From: Felis catus
Taxonomy: Eukaryota
DNA: 64,000 nt
NCBI RefSeq assembly: GCF_018350175.1
Contig: NC_058383.1
Span: 27,592,001-27,656,000 of the forward strand
Direction: 5' to 3'
Positions 1 to 11,772 of the stretch are shown piece by piece. Numbering within the stretch: the stretch's first letter is position 1; the number at the start of each line of letters is the position of its first letter. A model generated the notes under the pieces. That model did no database searches, was not told the origin of the DNA, and saw only the letters and a list, made by a program, of their open reading frames with translations. A program made the translations under genes and the position numbers.

Positions 1-968
1 CTAGCTTTGGTTTCATCCTGGACCATAGGCTAGCTTTGGCATCTAAAGGCAGCCTGGAGGCAGAGCAAGGAGGGGAGAAGAACTCTATGGGCAGGAATGA
101 TGGTGCCCAGCAGAGTGGCACAGGGGTACATGAAAACTCTAGGAAGGAATGTGTTCTTTTTTTTTTTTTAGGAGGGAATGCATTCTTGAGCAATCTGAGA
201 AAGCATGGGGGTTCAGAGCCCCCTGGAAAGCAATCTGCATGAGGCCAAGATCTCCAGTATAGGTAGGGCCAGAAGATGCTGGGTATTCCAACTGTCCTGA
301 TGGGTGAGCTGTCAAGAAACTATAAATATTTCCCTCTTCTTAGTGACTTGTTACAGAGAGGCCAGATATAATTTTCTTGGAGAGGGAACAGGGCTGGGCA
401 AGTCCATTTTACTCAGATTTCAAGAATGTTTCTATTAGAGAAAGGAAGATTCAGGATGCTTTGAGCAGGGAAGAGATTTCAAGGTGACCTTGAGGAAGGA
501 GCCAGCATTATGAAATGTTTTTGATCGAGTAGAACAAGATAAGCTGCTCATGTTTTGGAAGGGTTCAAAGCCCTGGACACCAGCTGAAATAAGAAAATTC
601 AATTTCTGGCATAAGACTGTGCTTTTTCTGCCTTCTAGGAGAATATACACATCCAGCCCTCCGCCCCCTCATGAAAGCAGAGTGTTCCTCAGTGGTGATC
701 CCGACATAAACAGGGCTGTAAAGGCAGGCTTGCATGGCACAGGTGATGTTGCCCGTAGGTGTTTGGAGACAGGATTACTGTTTCAGGCCACATTCTTCCA
801 TGCAGCCCCTCCCGTAGCTGGCACTGGGACCTGGGAGTGGCCCAGGGTTATTTCAGTATCCGGTTTTCTTTTGTTCTCCCATAATAAACAATACAGAAAA
901 CTCCTCTGTGTTTATCTAAGACAGCACGGTCCAGCACAACTTTCTGCATGGATGAAAATGTGCTGTAT

Positions 969-1124
969 CTGTGTTGTCCAATATGGCAGCCACTAGCTAC
1001 CTTGGGCCACGGAGCACTTGAAACATGGCAAGTGCCATGGAGAAACTCCATTTTAAATCTTACTTCATTTAAATGAATTTAAATAGGTGTATGTGGCTAG
1101 GGGCTATCTCATGAGAAAGCACAG
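969..1124. mobile_element. MER3-like hAT-Charlie non-autonomous DNA transposon
   Basis: Ends ctgtgttgtccaatatggcagccactagc...tgtggctaggggctatctcatgagaaagcacag form an imperfect inverted repeat around an AT-rich core, matching recalled MER3 consensus. Confidence 0.75.
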
Positions 1125-1164
1125 TGCTGAAAGATTCAGTGGAAAGAAAAGGGCCGACCCAGAA

Positions 1165-1340
1165 TGGGTCTGAATTTCGCCTCTACCTTTCACTAGCTGT
1201 GGGACCTTGGACAGGTGTCTTAACCTCTCTGACCCCAGTCTCCTCACCTGAAAAATGGGGATGATGGTATCTATGTGGCAGGATTATTGTGGAAATGAGT
1301 TACGCATATAGATTACATGGCAGGCCATATGCATTTAGTA
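1165..1340 (+). mobile_element. MIR SINE
   Basis: Core MIR motif cactagctgtgggaccttggacaggtgtcttaacctctctgaccccagtctcctcacctgaaaaatgggga. Confidence 0.8.
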
Positions 1341-1926
1341 CGTCGTAGCTAGAGCTGTTAGGTATTAAGTGCAATCCGCGATGGGCTTGTGATTTCTCGC
1401 TGACACTGGGAGGGCAAAGTGAAGGTGAGAACTGAGGGGTCTGATCTGTGCTGTCCTATGGAAAGTGATGAGGAGCCTGCAGGGGGCCAACGGCAGGACA
1501 TGTTCACATTCAGAACTACCCCCCCACACACACACACACTCATATACACTGGGCAGCAAGAGGGTCCTGGGCACTGGCGGGAGAGTGGGGGTGGCAGGTG
1601 CTGCCTCTTTGCATTACCAGCTCTGCCCACTACTGATCATACCCGATGAAAAGGAGCCCCTCTTCTAGGGACCAAGTGCCTCAGGAAGGGCAAGGATAAG
1701 GAGCCAGAGAGACAGAGAGGGACCGGGAGGGGAGGGGACATGAAACCAACACAAACATGGGCAGAGACAGGAGGGGTACAGAGAGACAAGGAAAAGACGG
1801 AAATAGACAGAAATCATAAAGACAGATACCTGAGAGCCGAGAACAGCGAAGACACAGAGACAGAAGACACAGAGATGAAAGGAAGAGATAGAGACAGAGC
1901 TAGATTGAGAGTCAGAGAAAAACACA

Positions 1927-1930
<4 letters not shown>

Positions 1931-1976
<46 letters not shown>
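1931..1976. repeat. (AC)n microsatellite
   Basis: Uninterrupted AC dinucleotide run. Confidence 0.98.
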
Positions 1977-1977
<1 letters not shown>

Positions 1978-2964
1978 GAAGAAGAGCTGGGAAAAGCACA
2001 ATGGGGAAATGAGGACAGTGCAGACAGAGGAAGGCAGACAGCAGAGCTAGGAAGGGCATGGGCAGAGAGGCACAGTGGAGGCTTGGAGATAGCAGCTCAG
2101 GGGAGAGTGGACACAGGGGGAAAAGCAGTTCCAGAGAGCAACCCAAGACTCTGGCAGAAGCATGGAGAGTGCTGGTGCACAGGGGGGAGTCTGGTCGGCA
2201 CGGGGCAAGGGCCCAGGGCAGGGAAAGAGGCCAAGGTGGGCTTCCCAGCAGAAGGGCAGGTTGTAAATAAACAATGGAGCCAGTCCTGTTTTCTGCCCCC
2301 CGGCCGCTCTTGTTCTGGCTCCTCACTGTCAACAAGGAGGGCTCTGGGGGCAGCAAAGGTTTCCAGAGCCCCCGCTCGCCCACTCCCCCTCCCTGTGTCT
2401 TTCTCCCGAGTCGTTAATCTTGGAAGACAGGTTGGTCTTTTATTAGCTATCTCCAAGGGTCAGCTTAGAAGTATCTGGGGAGATACCAGTTCAGAATGTC
2501 ATTTGTCATCGGGTGCCTGACGGGCAGCCGCATTGATTCAGCCCCCTCCGGGGCTGCCGTTAACTCAGGAGGCAAAAGCTGCTTTCAACCTTTCCAGCCC
2601 CCCTCCCCCGACTGGGGCTTTAATTCCTCGCTCTGGCCCTTCATTTATGACTCAGGGCAGGGCTGCAGTGGGGGTGGAGACCGCGGAGACACAAGTGCCC
2701 ATGGGAAGTGGACGCGTGCTCCTGCTCCCGGCGATGCCTTCCCCATCAAGACCGACAGTTCTCAATCTTGACTGCGTGGACTCTCTCCGAGACTTTCACA
2801 GATATGGAGGCCTGGGCTTACCCACAAAGGTGCTCCCTGAACTGCTCTGGAGTAGGGCTCGGGCACTGCGTTTCGTAAAACTATCCGCAGGCAATTCTCT
2901 TGAGTCACCAGGACCTGAGATCTACCCAGCTAGACAGTTCCTCCCCTGCCTGCCAGATTGCCAT

Positions 2965-3190
2965 GATTCGAGTCTAAGATCAAGGACACCACCCCTAGCT
3001 ACTTGATCAGTAGCTAGAAGACCTTGGGCTAGTCATTTATTCATTGTGCCTCCATTTCCTCTTTGGGAAAGTGGGAAAGGTAACACCCCCAAGAGTTCTG
3101 GCAAGGACTAAATGAGTTCATAAATACAGTGTGCAGAGAAGAGTGAGGGCCTGGCACAGAGTGAGCACTGGGTCCGTGTTTGCTACTAAT
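2965..3190 (+). mobile_element. MIR SINE
   Basis: gaccttgggctagtcattt...tgtgcctccatttcctctttggg...cctggcacagagtgagcact. Confidence 0.65.
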
Positions 3191-3259
3191 ATTACCTCGT
3201 TTGTGTTTACTGCCCCCCTGGAGCATAAACGCCATTACAGACCTAGGCCACTCTTACCC

Positions 3260-3360
3260 TCGCCATCATCCCCATTTGACAGAGGAGGAAACTGAGGTAC
3301 AGAGAGAGTAGGAGACTTATCTGAGGGTCTAGGTGTAAGTGGGAGGGTTCAACCTAGTAC
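3260..3360 (-). mobile_element. MIR SINE fragment
   Basis: catccccatttgacagaggaggaaactgaggtacagagag, the reverse MIR core. Confidence 0.7.
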
Positions 3361-3744
3361 TCCGGAGCCAGTGAAGACAGGTAGTCTATGCAGCATGCTG
3401 GGAAGGTGCTGGGCAGGAGGGTTTAACACCAGCTGTACAGACGTGAGTGAAGGAGAGGTTGGAGCCCTCGCACACGGCAGGAAGGAGCGTGGTTCAGGGT
3501 GGTGTAGGCGTCACGTGGAGGAGTGGGGAGGTGAAGAGGGAAAGGTAAGTAGGGCCAGGACCCAACGGCTCTGGACAGAGTGTAGAAGACTGAGGGTTTC
3601 TCTCAGGACTTTAGTCTGTCCACACAGACATGGATGGGCTAGAGCGCAGGTCCCTGACGTCCGGCCCTTGGGTCCTGCTGACTCTGCTCCCATTTGGAAA
3701 CCACAGGCAACAGTGGCCTTGTGTCTGAAGTTGGGTGGGCGACA

Positions 3745-3910
3745 GGGATTTGGGGTCAAGGCCTCTCATCTGCATCAGAAGCCCAACTCCCCCACTCTCC
3801 AGCTGTGTGACCTCACCTAAGTTCCGCGACCTGAGCGAGTCTCGGTTTTCTCCTCTGCAAGTGGAGAAGGCAGAGCACCGTCCCCCAGGGTTAGAGAGGA
3901 CTGGCTGAGG
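3745..3910 (+). mobile_element. MIR SINE fragment
   Basis: ccagctgtgtgacctc...ctgagcgagtctcggttttctcctctgcaagtggaga. Confidence 0.6.
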
Positions 3911-4086
3911 TAGGGCAGTCTGCCTGTTGCAGGAAAATGCATACGTGCTGATGTGGTTGGCCCTGACGGTCACCTCCTAGGTGGTGCTGGTATGGAGGAA
4001 ACAGAACAGGTGGAAAGGATTCCTCTTGGGAAGGGGAAGGGAAGGAGAGAGGGAGGAGGAAGGGAGAGAGGGGAAGGGAGGGAGGG

Positions 4087-4199
4087 AAGGATGACCGAAC
4101 ATCCTGGTTTCCCCGGAGTGAAGAGTTTGCTTGTATATGGGACTTTCGGTGGTCAATCCAGGAAAGCCCCAGGCAAATCAGGATGAGTTAGTCACCCTA
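4087..4199. mobile_element. MER81-like hAT-Blackjack MITE
   Basis: Inverted ends aggatgaccgaacatcctggttt / aaatcaggatgagttagtcacccta and internal gggactttcggtg match recalled MER81. Confidence 0.7.
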
Positions 4200-5480
4200 A
4201 AAGAGGGTTTAAAGGAATGATATTTAATTCTTCCAAAAATTAACATGAGTCAAAAAAAAAAAAAGGAAAAAAGAAAAAAGAGAACTGGATTTAAGCTACA
4301 GGACAGTAGGCTGAGGTCAGATCTCATGCAGGACTTCCTGGCTGCTGAACGAAAGGCAAGGTTGGGCGGGCCCAGAGCAGCCCAGAAGGAAGCTCAGAGC
4401 CCAGGAGGGAGCCAGGGCAAACAGGAAAGCACCTCTCTTTGGAAGAAATGGCTGTGTCAACCGCTGTTTGCTCCCCGTGACAGACTGAACTCTGTCTCCT
4501 CTGGCCTGTGACCATTAGCTTCCACAGAGCCAGGAGCACACTTCCAAATTCCAGACCTCAGAGGCTTGTCGAGGACGCTCAACCGGGTTCTGAGTGCGCA
4601 GGTGAGGGGAGGGCATATGCTTGGTGGCTCGCGACCTAATCTCGGAGAAAGTGTTCTTATGGAAAGATTCATGACAGCCATCCAGGCTGCAGACACAAGG
4701 TCTTAACTTCCAATTCCGGGAGCCCCGCGGCATGTGCCTCTCACCCGCCAAGTAACAATGCGTCGGGTGTGGGATCGGGCAGATTTACAGCAGATTCTCT
4801 GCAAATGAATGTCACGGCAGGTCTTTGTGCTTCAGAGGGAAGGAGGGCAATTCAGAAAGGGAAGCTACAGGATCCAGGCGATTCTGAACCCCTCTCTAAC
4901 CTGCAGTGTAGACGGGAGATACAGAGCGGGGCGGCGGCAAGGGTGATTCTGCAGCCACCAAACAGGGGTGCTAAGGGCCACACAGCAAGCTAGAGCTTTT
5001 CCGTAAGACAGGGGAGCGTTGTGGGCTCCCCACAGAAGCAGAGAGAGCTGAGAGCTGTAGTTATCACTCCTGGAAGGGATCATATCACACTTCACAGCCT
5101 GCGCACATTTCCTCGTCTGTGGGAACGCTGTGGTCAGCGGGTTTCTGATGTGCAGCCTGAAGGCCACGAGGTGAGACACGAGGTGACTGTAGGGGACAGA
5201 TGCACAGTGGGCTGCTGCCTTGCTGTCTGACCTCAGGCAGCAGGGAAGGGCCGTTAGAGCACAAATTCTGCTGTATTTTTCCAAACTTGATGTTAATGAA
5301 AATTTTCAAATATTCAGAAAAGTTGTAAGAGTAACGCAGTAAAGTTCACCTGGATTCAATAGCTAATATTTTGTGATGATTGGTCTATCAGCTCTCGGTC
5401 GACCTACCTATCAGTCTGTCGTCTATTCACATGCAAGTGTGTGCAGTTTTTCCTGAACCATTTAAATTGCACACATCATG

Positions 5481-5980
5481 GTGTGCAATGGAATATTACT
5501 CGGCAATCAAAAACAATGAAATCCTGCCATCTGCAACAACTGGGTAGAAGAAGATATGCTAAGAGAAATAAGTCAGTCAGAGACAAATATCATATGACTT
5601 CACTGATATGTGGAATTTGAGAAACACAACAGATGAATGTAGGGGACGGGAAGTAAAATAAGATAAAAACAGAGGGTGGCAAATCATAAGAGACTCTTAA
5701 ATACAGAGAACACACTGAGGGTTGATGGAGGAAGGGAGGTGGGGGGTGGGCTAAATGGGTGATGGGCATTAAGGAGGGCACTTGTTGGGATGTGCACTGG
5801 GTACTATATATAAGTGATGAATCACTAATTGATTATTACCTGAAATCATTATTACACTATGTGTTAACTAACTTGGATTTAAATAAAAATTTAAATTTTT
5901 TTTTAAAAAATCTACACAAATCTGTCAAGATTTTAAAATCTTGAACCCGTGGCAAATAAACAGACAAATAAATAAATAAA
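5481..5980 (+). mobile_element. 5'-truncated carnivore L1 (ORF2 end plus 3' UTR) with TSD and probable 3' transduction
   Basis: caatggaatattactcggcaatcaaaaacaatgaaatcctgcc...ggggggtgggctaaatgggtgatgggcattaaggag; TSD taaattgcacacatcatg 5463-5480 vs taaactgcacacatcatg 5981-5998. Confidence 0.9.
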
Positions 5981-6404
5981 TAAACTGCACACATCATGAC
6001 TCTTTACTAAAAGTCCAGCCTCTTAAGAGCAAGGCATTCCTGTACACAGTCACATCATTATTATATGACTCCAGAACACCTAATCTCCAAACTCAAATTT
6101 CCTCATTTGTCCCAAGAATGCATTTTAAAGCTTATTTAAACCATTATCTGATCAAGATCCACACACTATATTTGTTTGTGGTCTGTTATGTCTTTTGAGT
6201 GACACTAATACCTCTACCCGCACGTCCCCCGCGCCCAACACATGCATAATTTAGGACACCGTTGCTGTGGTTTTTGTTGTAGGGTCTGGACGAGTTGTCT
6301 TGTAGAATGGCCCACCTTCTGAATTTGTCTGATTATTTTCCCATGTTGCCATTTGATTTGTGCCCCTGTCCCCTATTCTTTCTGTAAAGTGGAATTTGGG
6401 TCTA

Positions 6405-6493
6405 AATTAGATTCGGGTTAAATTAGATTCTAGTTAATTTGAATTAGATTCAGGTTAAATTAGATTCTAGTTAATTCTAATTAGATTCAAGTT
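6405..6493. repeat. Short higher-order tandem repeat (core aattagattc x5; about 37 bp unit x2.4)
   Basis: aattagattcgggttaaattagattctagttaatttg / aattagattcaggttaaattagattctagttaattct / aattagattcaagtt. Confidence 0.9.
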
Positions 6494-7299
6494 TTACCTT
6501 TTTGGCAAGGATCCTCTGTAGATGAGGCTCTATACTTCAGAGTGCACCATGTCAGGAGATACAGAACATTAAGGTGGGGGTACCAAATCACCCATTGCAA
6601 AGACACATTTTACCCCCTTTACTTTAGAAAGGCAGCCACAGGTGATTTATTGGCACTGGACAAAATTTCTGTCCCCAGTAAACTCTCTCCCGGAGGAGGG
6701 AGCATCCATTGTTAATTCTTGCCTGAAACGACTACCAAACAGCAAGTTTAAAAATGGTCTTTTTTTCTAAGTCATTCTGTTACCCCTTCTGTATTAGCTG
6801 GTGTTCTTTTTGTTTCTCTCTCTCTACTCCCTTTCTCCTTTCCCTCCCTCTCTCTGTCTCAAGAGTCCAACAATGGACTCGGGAAATTTTAGCCATTCAA
6901 TGTATAACAATCAACAAAGTATAATGACAACTTCTGGCATTTCTCATGCTAAAAATGTCCCAAATTTGCACATTACAAGTCCCTTAAAACTGGATCAGGG
7001 GCCCTCTTGACACATCTCCATCATTTTTGACACATCTTTGCTTCCTGCAACAAGTAGATGGCCATGGCTCACCTTGTATCCCCCTGTCCCAGATCAGGAA
7101 GGGGCCATTTCTCCAAGAAAAGGGGTCTTCTCGGTGGGGACTGATATTTTGGAATCCAGATCTGGGCTTCAGGTGTGAGAAGCATGGGTTCTGCCAGCAG
7201 ATGGCCCGGGTTTAAACCCTAGCTCTCCCACCTAATGCCTCAGAGTTTATGTAGACAGAGGGCCAGGGTGGGAAGGACCCTGGGGCATCCAGAAGGAGA

Positions 7300-7876
7300 A
7301 GAGAAAACTTTATTTTTTTAAAGAATTATTCCATTCAATTAGCATAAGAGTAAGTAAAAATATCATTGTATTTAATTTACTCCTTCCTTTCCATCTATTA
7401 ATGACAGGGGATACTGATTTGACATTTGGAATCTCGAAATGAAGTTTCCTTTTTTAAAAAAGTAAGCAAATTTAAAAAATTTAAGTTTATTTATTTATTT
7501 TGGGAGAGAGACAGAGAGACAGAACACGTGAGTGGGGGAGTGGGGGGGGGGGAGAAAATCCCAAGCAGGCTCTGCACTGCCGGCACAGAGCCAGACATGG
7601 GGCTTGAACCCACGAACTGTGAGATCACGAGCTGAGCTGAGGTCAAGAGCCAGGCGCTTAACTGACTAAGCCACTCAGGCACCCAATAAAGTAACCTAAC
7701 TTTTACTGAAATAAAACATGAATGCAATTCAACATCTCCTTTTAAAATAAATGTGTTTTAAAAAAATAACTGAGCCAATATTTTTAAAAATGACTAAATC
7801 CTAGTTACTATGTAATGCAGATAAATCAAAAATGAACGATAATGGCACGAAAGCAACCAAAGTTTGGGCAATACTG
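7300..7876. mobile_element. MER113-like hAT-Charlie element interrupted by a SINE
   Basis: AT-rich body ending ...aaagtttgggcaatactg, resembling the Charlie-type terminus (cagtgtttcccaaact in reverse). Confidence 0.45.
7468..7684 (-). mobile_element. CanSINE (SINEC_Fc-type)
   Basis: Reverse SINE: tttatttatttatttt, (GA) tract, ...gcttaactgactaagccactcaggcaccc. Confidence 0.95.
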
Positions 7877-7947
7877 TAATAAAGTTGCCTGGGGACTCTC
7901 ATTGTTTGGAATGATTTTAAATGTAAAACTGAAATAATTTTAATATT

Positions 7948-8146
7948 GGGGCACCTGGTGGCTCAGTTGGTTGGGCATTAGACTTCGGCTCAGGTCACGA
8001 TCTCACTGTTCATGAGTTCAAGCCCCATGTCGGGTTCTGTGCTGACAGCTTGGAGCCTGGAGCCTGCTTTGGATTCTATGTCTCCCTCTCTCTCTGTTCC
8101 TCTCCTGCCTGCGTTCTGCCTCCCTCTCTCTCTCAAAAATGAATAA
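7948..8146 (+). mobile_element. CanSINE (SINEC_Fc-type) whose A-tail hosts an L1
   Basis: ggggcacctggtggctcagttgg head, CT tract, tail; outer TSD aaaactgaaataat(t/g)ttaatatt at 7925-7947 and 8741-8763. Confidence 0.95.
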
Positions 8147-8721
8147 TTTAAAAAAGCACTACCCTACGACTCAGTAATTGCACTACTAGGTATTTATCCA
8201 AGGGATACAGGTACACTGTTTCAAAGGGACAAATGCACCCCAATGTTTACAGCAGCACTATCAACAATAGCCAAAGTATGGATAGAACCCAACTGTCCAT
8301 AGATGGATGAATGGATAAAAAAGATGTGGTATATATATATATACAACAGAGTATTACTCAGCAATCAGAAAGAATGAAATCTTGCCATTTGCAACAACGT
8401 GGAGGGAACTAGAGGTATTATGTTAAGCGAAATTAAAGAAAGACAAATATCGTATGACTTCACTCATATGAGGACCTTAAGACACAGAACAGATGAACAC
8501 AAGGGAAGGGAAGCAAAATTAATATAAAAACAGGGAGGGGGACAAAAACATAAGAGACTCTTCAATATGGAGAACAAACAGAGGGTTACTGGAGGGGTTG
8601 TGGGAGGGGGGATGGGCTAAATGGGTAGGGGGCATTAGGGAATCTACTCCTGAAATCACTGTTGCACTATATGCTAAGTGACTTGCATGTAAGTTAAAAA
8701 ATTAAAATTAAAAAAATAAAT
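8147..8721 (+). mobile_element. 5'-truncated felid/carnivore L1 (ORF2 C-terminal region plus 3' UTR)
   Basis: actaccctacgactcagtaattgcactactaggtatttatccaagggatacagg... G-rich 3' UTR and A-rich tail; inner TSD aaaatgaataa 8136-8146 / 8722-8732. Confidence 0.92.
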
Positions 8722-9410
8722 AAAATGAATAAAAATTTTAAAAACTGAAATAATGTTAATATTGTCTGGGTGCATGTGCTATGATATCCTCTACCATTTG
8801 GGTCTCTGAGGGCTGATGCACCAACCAGAACGTATGTCTCCATGTCACAGCAGACGGAGCTTAGAAGGTGAGCATTCTTGACTCTCCTTAGCAACCTCAA
8901 TAGCATTCTCCCCATTCTCTTTCCTATGATGATATATGGGTACAGGGAGGGCTGAAATTTTGAGGAAGGATGCTCCCAGAAAAAGACTGTATGTGCTATC
9001 CTGGGGCTCCTTATGATCTATAAATGCCTTGGTCAGAAATGCTTCTCATACACACAGCAACAGAGGTCCCCAAATGTCTGCGTGATGCATTCTCTGTGCA
9101 TAGGGAAAAAAACCTGCCTGTCCAGGTGCAACAATTTTTGACTTCTCGGTGTTGTTCTTAAGACCCCAAAGAGCCATGACTACCAAAATGGGACTCGTTG
9201 ACCAGGAAGCTTACAGAGATCTAAAAATGAACGTGGTCAAGACTGCAAGATAAAAGGAAGCAGGAATTGAGGTCAGCCACATTCACAGAACCAAGGATGA
9301 CCACAATAGAGGAAGGTGAGAGAAAGAGCAGAGTCTGTACGTGGGGTTTGCCTCACCAATTCAAAGATTCCATTTAATGCGTGGACATCTGACTCATCAA
9401 TCTTCTTTTT

Positions 9411-9619
9411 GAAATTTTTTTTAATGTTTATTTATTTTTGAGAAAGAAAGAACACGAGTGGGGGAGAGGCAGAGAGAGAGGAAGACACAGAATCTGAAGC
9501 AGGCTCCAGGCTCCGAGCTGTCAGCACAGAGACTGGCACAGGGCTTGAACTCACGGACCACGAGATCATGACCTGAGCCGAAGTAGAAAGCTCAACCGAC
9601 TGAGCCACCCAGGTGCCCC
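9411..9619 (-). mobile_element. CanSINE (inner element of a nested pair)
   Basis: Reverse SINE ending gctcaaccgactgagccacccaggtgcccc. Confidence 0.95.
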
Positions 9620-9804
9620 TAAATGTTTGTTTATTTTTGAAAGAGAGGGGGGAGGGGCAGGGGCAGAGAGAGGGAGACAGAGAATCCCAAGCAGGCTCCA
9701 GGCTCTCAGTACAAAGCCCGATGTGGGGCTCGAACTGATGAACCATGAGGATCATGACCTGAGCTGAAGTTGGACGCTCAACCTACTGCACCACCCTGGT
9801 GCCC
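9620..9804 (-). mobile_element. CanSINE (outer element of a nested pair)
   Basis: Second reverse SINE; TSD ctgactcatca(a/g)tctt 9389-9404 / 9804-9819 flanks both SINEs. Confidence 0.93.
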
Positions 9805-11772
9805 TGACTCATCAGTCTTTTAATGAGCATCTATTATGTGCCCCGAAGAGATAGAAAAGACACATTAGGCAGCATTACTTAGTGATTCCAGCTACTGTGA
9901 ACACTATTAACTACAGGCCTGTTACTGATGGCACTGTTGGGAAACAAGGTTTTAATCTGGGGGCAATTTTGGGACCTTTAGAAAACCATTGTATAGGGCA
10001 GTCATTATACAGGGACTATTTCTAGGAATCTGGAAATCATTAAGACAAGAGCAGTGCCTCTCTCACTGAGAAAGTGACTTAATCCAGCTGGATTAGGACC
10101 CTTTCCAGAGTACGTCTGGGTGTGTAGTATATGTAAAGTGACAGTGTTTCCTAAACCAAAAATTGGGATGCACAATCTGCCAAAAATAAGTGTCTGTGGG
10201 GATAGCAAGACAGGCTATTTTAAGTTGGAACTCCCCCAGAAAATCTGGGGTGTAAGCTTCTGACAGCCACTGCAGGGGTTCGCTCTAATGCATATTCTGC
10301 ACAACCAATTTTAGCTTTTGTCTCTGTGCATTTCTCACACATCCACAGCACCTGCCAGCAGTTGCGCGTGCACGTGCTCTGTGATAGACAGGGAGTGGGG
10401 GATGGGAAACCGGAAGCTCCCTCACGCGCAGGGAACACAGAACATGCGGGGGTAAACAATGAAGGCAGAGTTCTGTAAGGAAGTTAGAGGATCTAGTGGG
10501 GTGTCTTGAGTTCTTCCCTCCTCTGCATTCTCCCACTGAAATAGATCAGAAGACAGCTTCTCAAGTCAGATGTCTGTATGGAATGGTACCTACCTGGAAA
10601 ATTTTTTTAATGTTAAAATTTTAACTTTATTAAAATGGCAGAATAATTAGGAATAATACAGCATGACTGTGGGAGGAGAACCATCAAATTGGTTGACATA
10701 TGCTTCTATCAATCTCAATAAATAACCAGGGACATCGAATTAAGGACAGTCATGTGGAACGGGAATGGACTCTGTGAAGTCTGGATTTGGGGGCCCTGTG
10801 TCCCCAAGTGGGCGTTTGATAAAAATTAGTTGAATGAATGAATAAACACTACAGAAGTCAAAGCCTAAGTGGCCTAGGTATCTTCTCTTTGTCTTACTTT
10901 AGAATCTTGAGAAACAAATCCGATTGGCTGAGACAAGACTCTGAATCGCTTCATCTTGGATTAAATGGACTCACCCTGGTCCGATTAGCTGTAACCACAA
11001 GGGTAGATCATACAGTGCAAATAGTGCTGTCTATCAGGTAAGGACTATGACAAGTGGACATTCCAAAGGAGATATGGATTAAGCAGAGACTCCAACTTGA
11101 TCTCAGCCTCCAGTTCTCCTTTGCTAAGGAAGTGACGAGAACCCTTTATCAGAGAGCCTAGGAGAATTATCCTGGTCTGGTTTGAGTGATCGGAGCCCCA
11201 CATCATTTTATTCTATGTTGGAATAATCACGTCTTGCTTTTATTCTAAAGCCCTAAGCTTTGTTCTGAAGTTACTCGTAGTAGTTTATTTCTGTGGCAGA
11301 TGCTATTTCCTCCCATTGTGCTGCAGTATTATAGCTCATTCCCTCTCCCTCCCTCTCTCCCTTTCTCTCCCCCCCCCCCGCCCATCAGCTCCCTCACCCA
11401 AGCGCCCTATTGCTGTACTTCTGTCCTCTTTAGCATTAGATTCTTTCCTGCAGAATTAATATTCTTTTGTGCAACTCAGCGAGGGCTGGTTACTGTGTTT
11501 GGGTGAGAAGTAGTTATTCTTCTGTCAGATCTGAGCTGTAAATAGGCTCTCTGTTGCATAGGGAAATGTAGCCGTGATACTCTCTGTATAATGCCTTTAC
11601 ATATTTTGCTAGCCCTAGAAAGAGCACTTAGTGGCATTATGGTTTAATCACTCTCTTTGCAATGTTACATGGCTTGTACTTATAAATGGGGTCTTAATAT
11701 ACAGCTAGTCATCTGCATACCATCTAGTGATGACAACCCGAAAAATGGGCTGAGGTCTGCTGGGTACAAGAG

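Larger units (their letters stand above)
5270..6800 (-). mobile_element. Old L1M-type 3' region fragments (host of the 5481-5980 L1)
   Basis: Degenerate reverse L1 3'UTR-like tracts (ttaatgaaaattttcaaatattcagaaaagttgtaagag; ttctgaatttgtctgattattttcccatg). Confidence 0.55.

Noticed and set aside
1665..2520. Overlapping ORFs of 100-189 aa
   Set aside because: Produced by (AC)n and GA-rich low-complexity sequence (VCVCVC, SLSL runs)
4540..5000. CpG island or promoter
   Set aside because: Only mild CpG enrichment in a generally GC-richer segment; no associated exon structure seen
6405..6493. CRISPR-like repeat array
   Set aside because: Eukaryotic context, 10 bp core with short related spacers; ordinary tandem duplication
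7948..8740. SINE-L1 template-switch chimera
   Set aside because: An inner duplication (aaaatgaataa) around the L1 favours sequential nested insertion; kept only as an alternative
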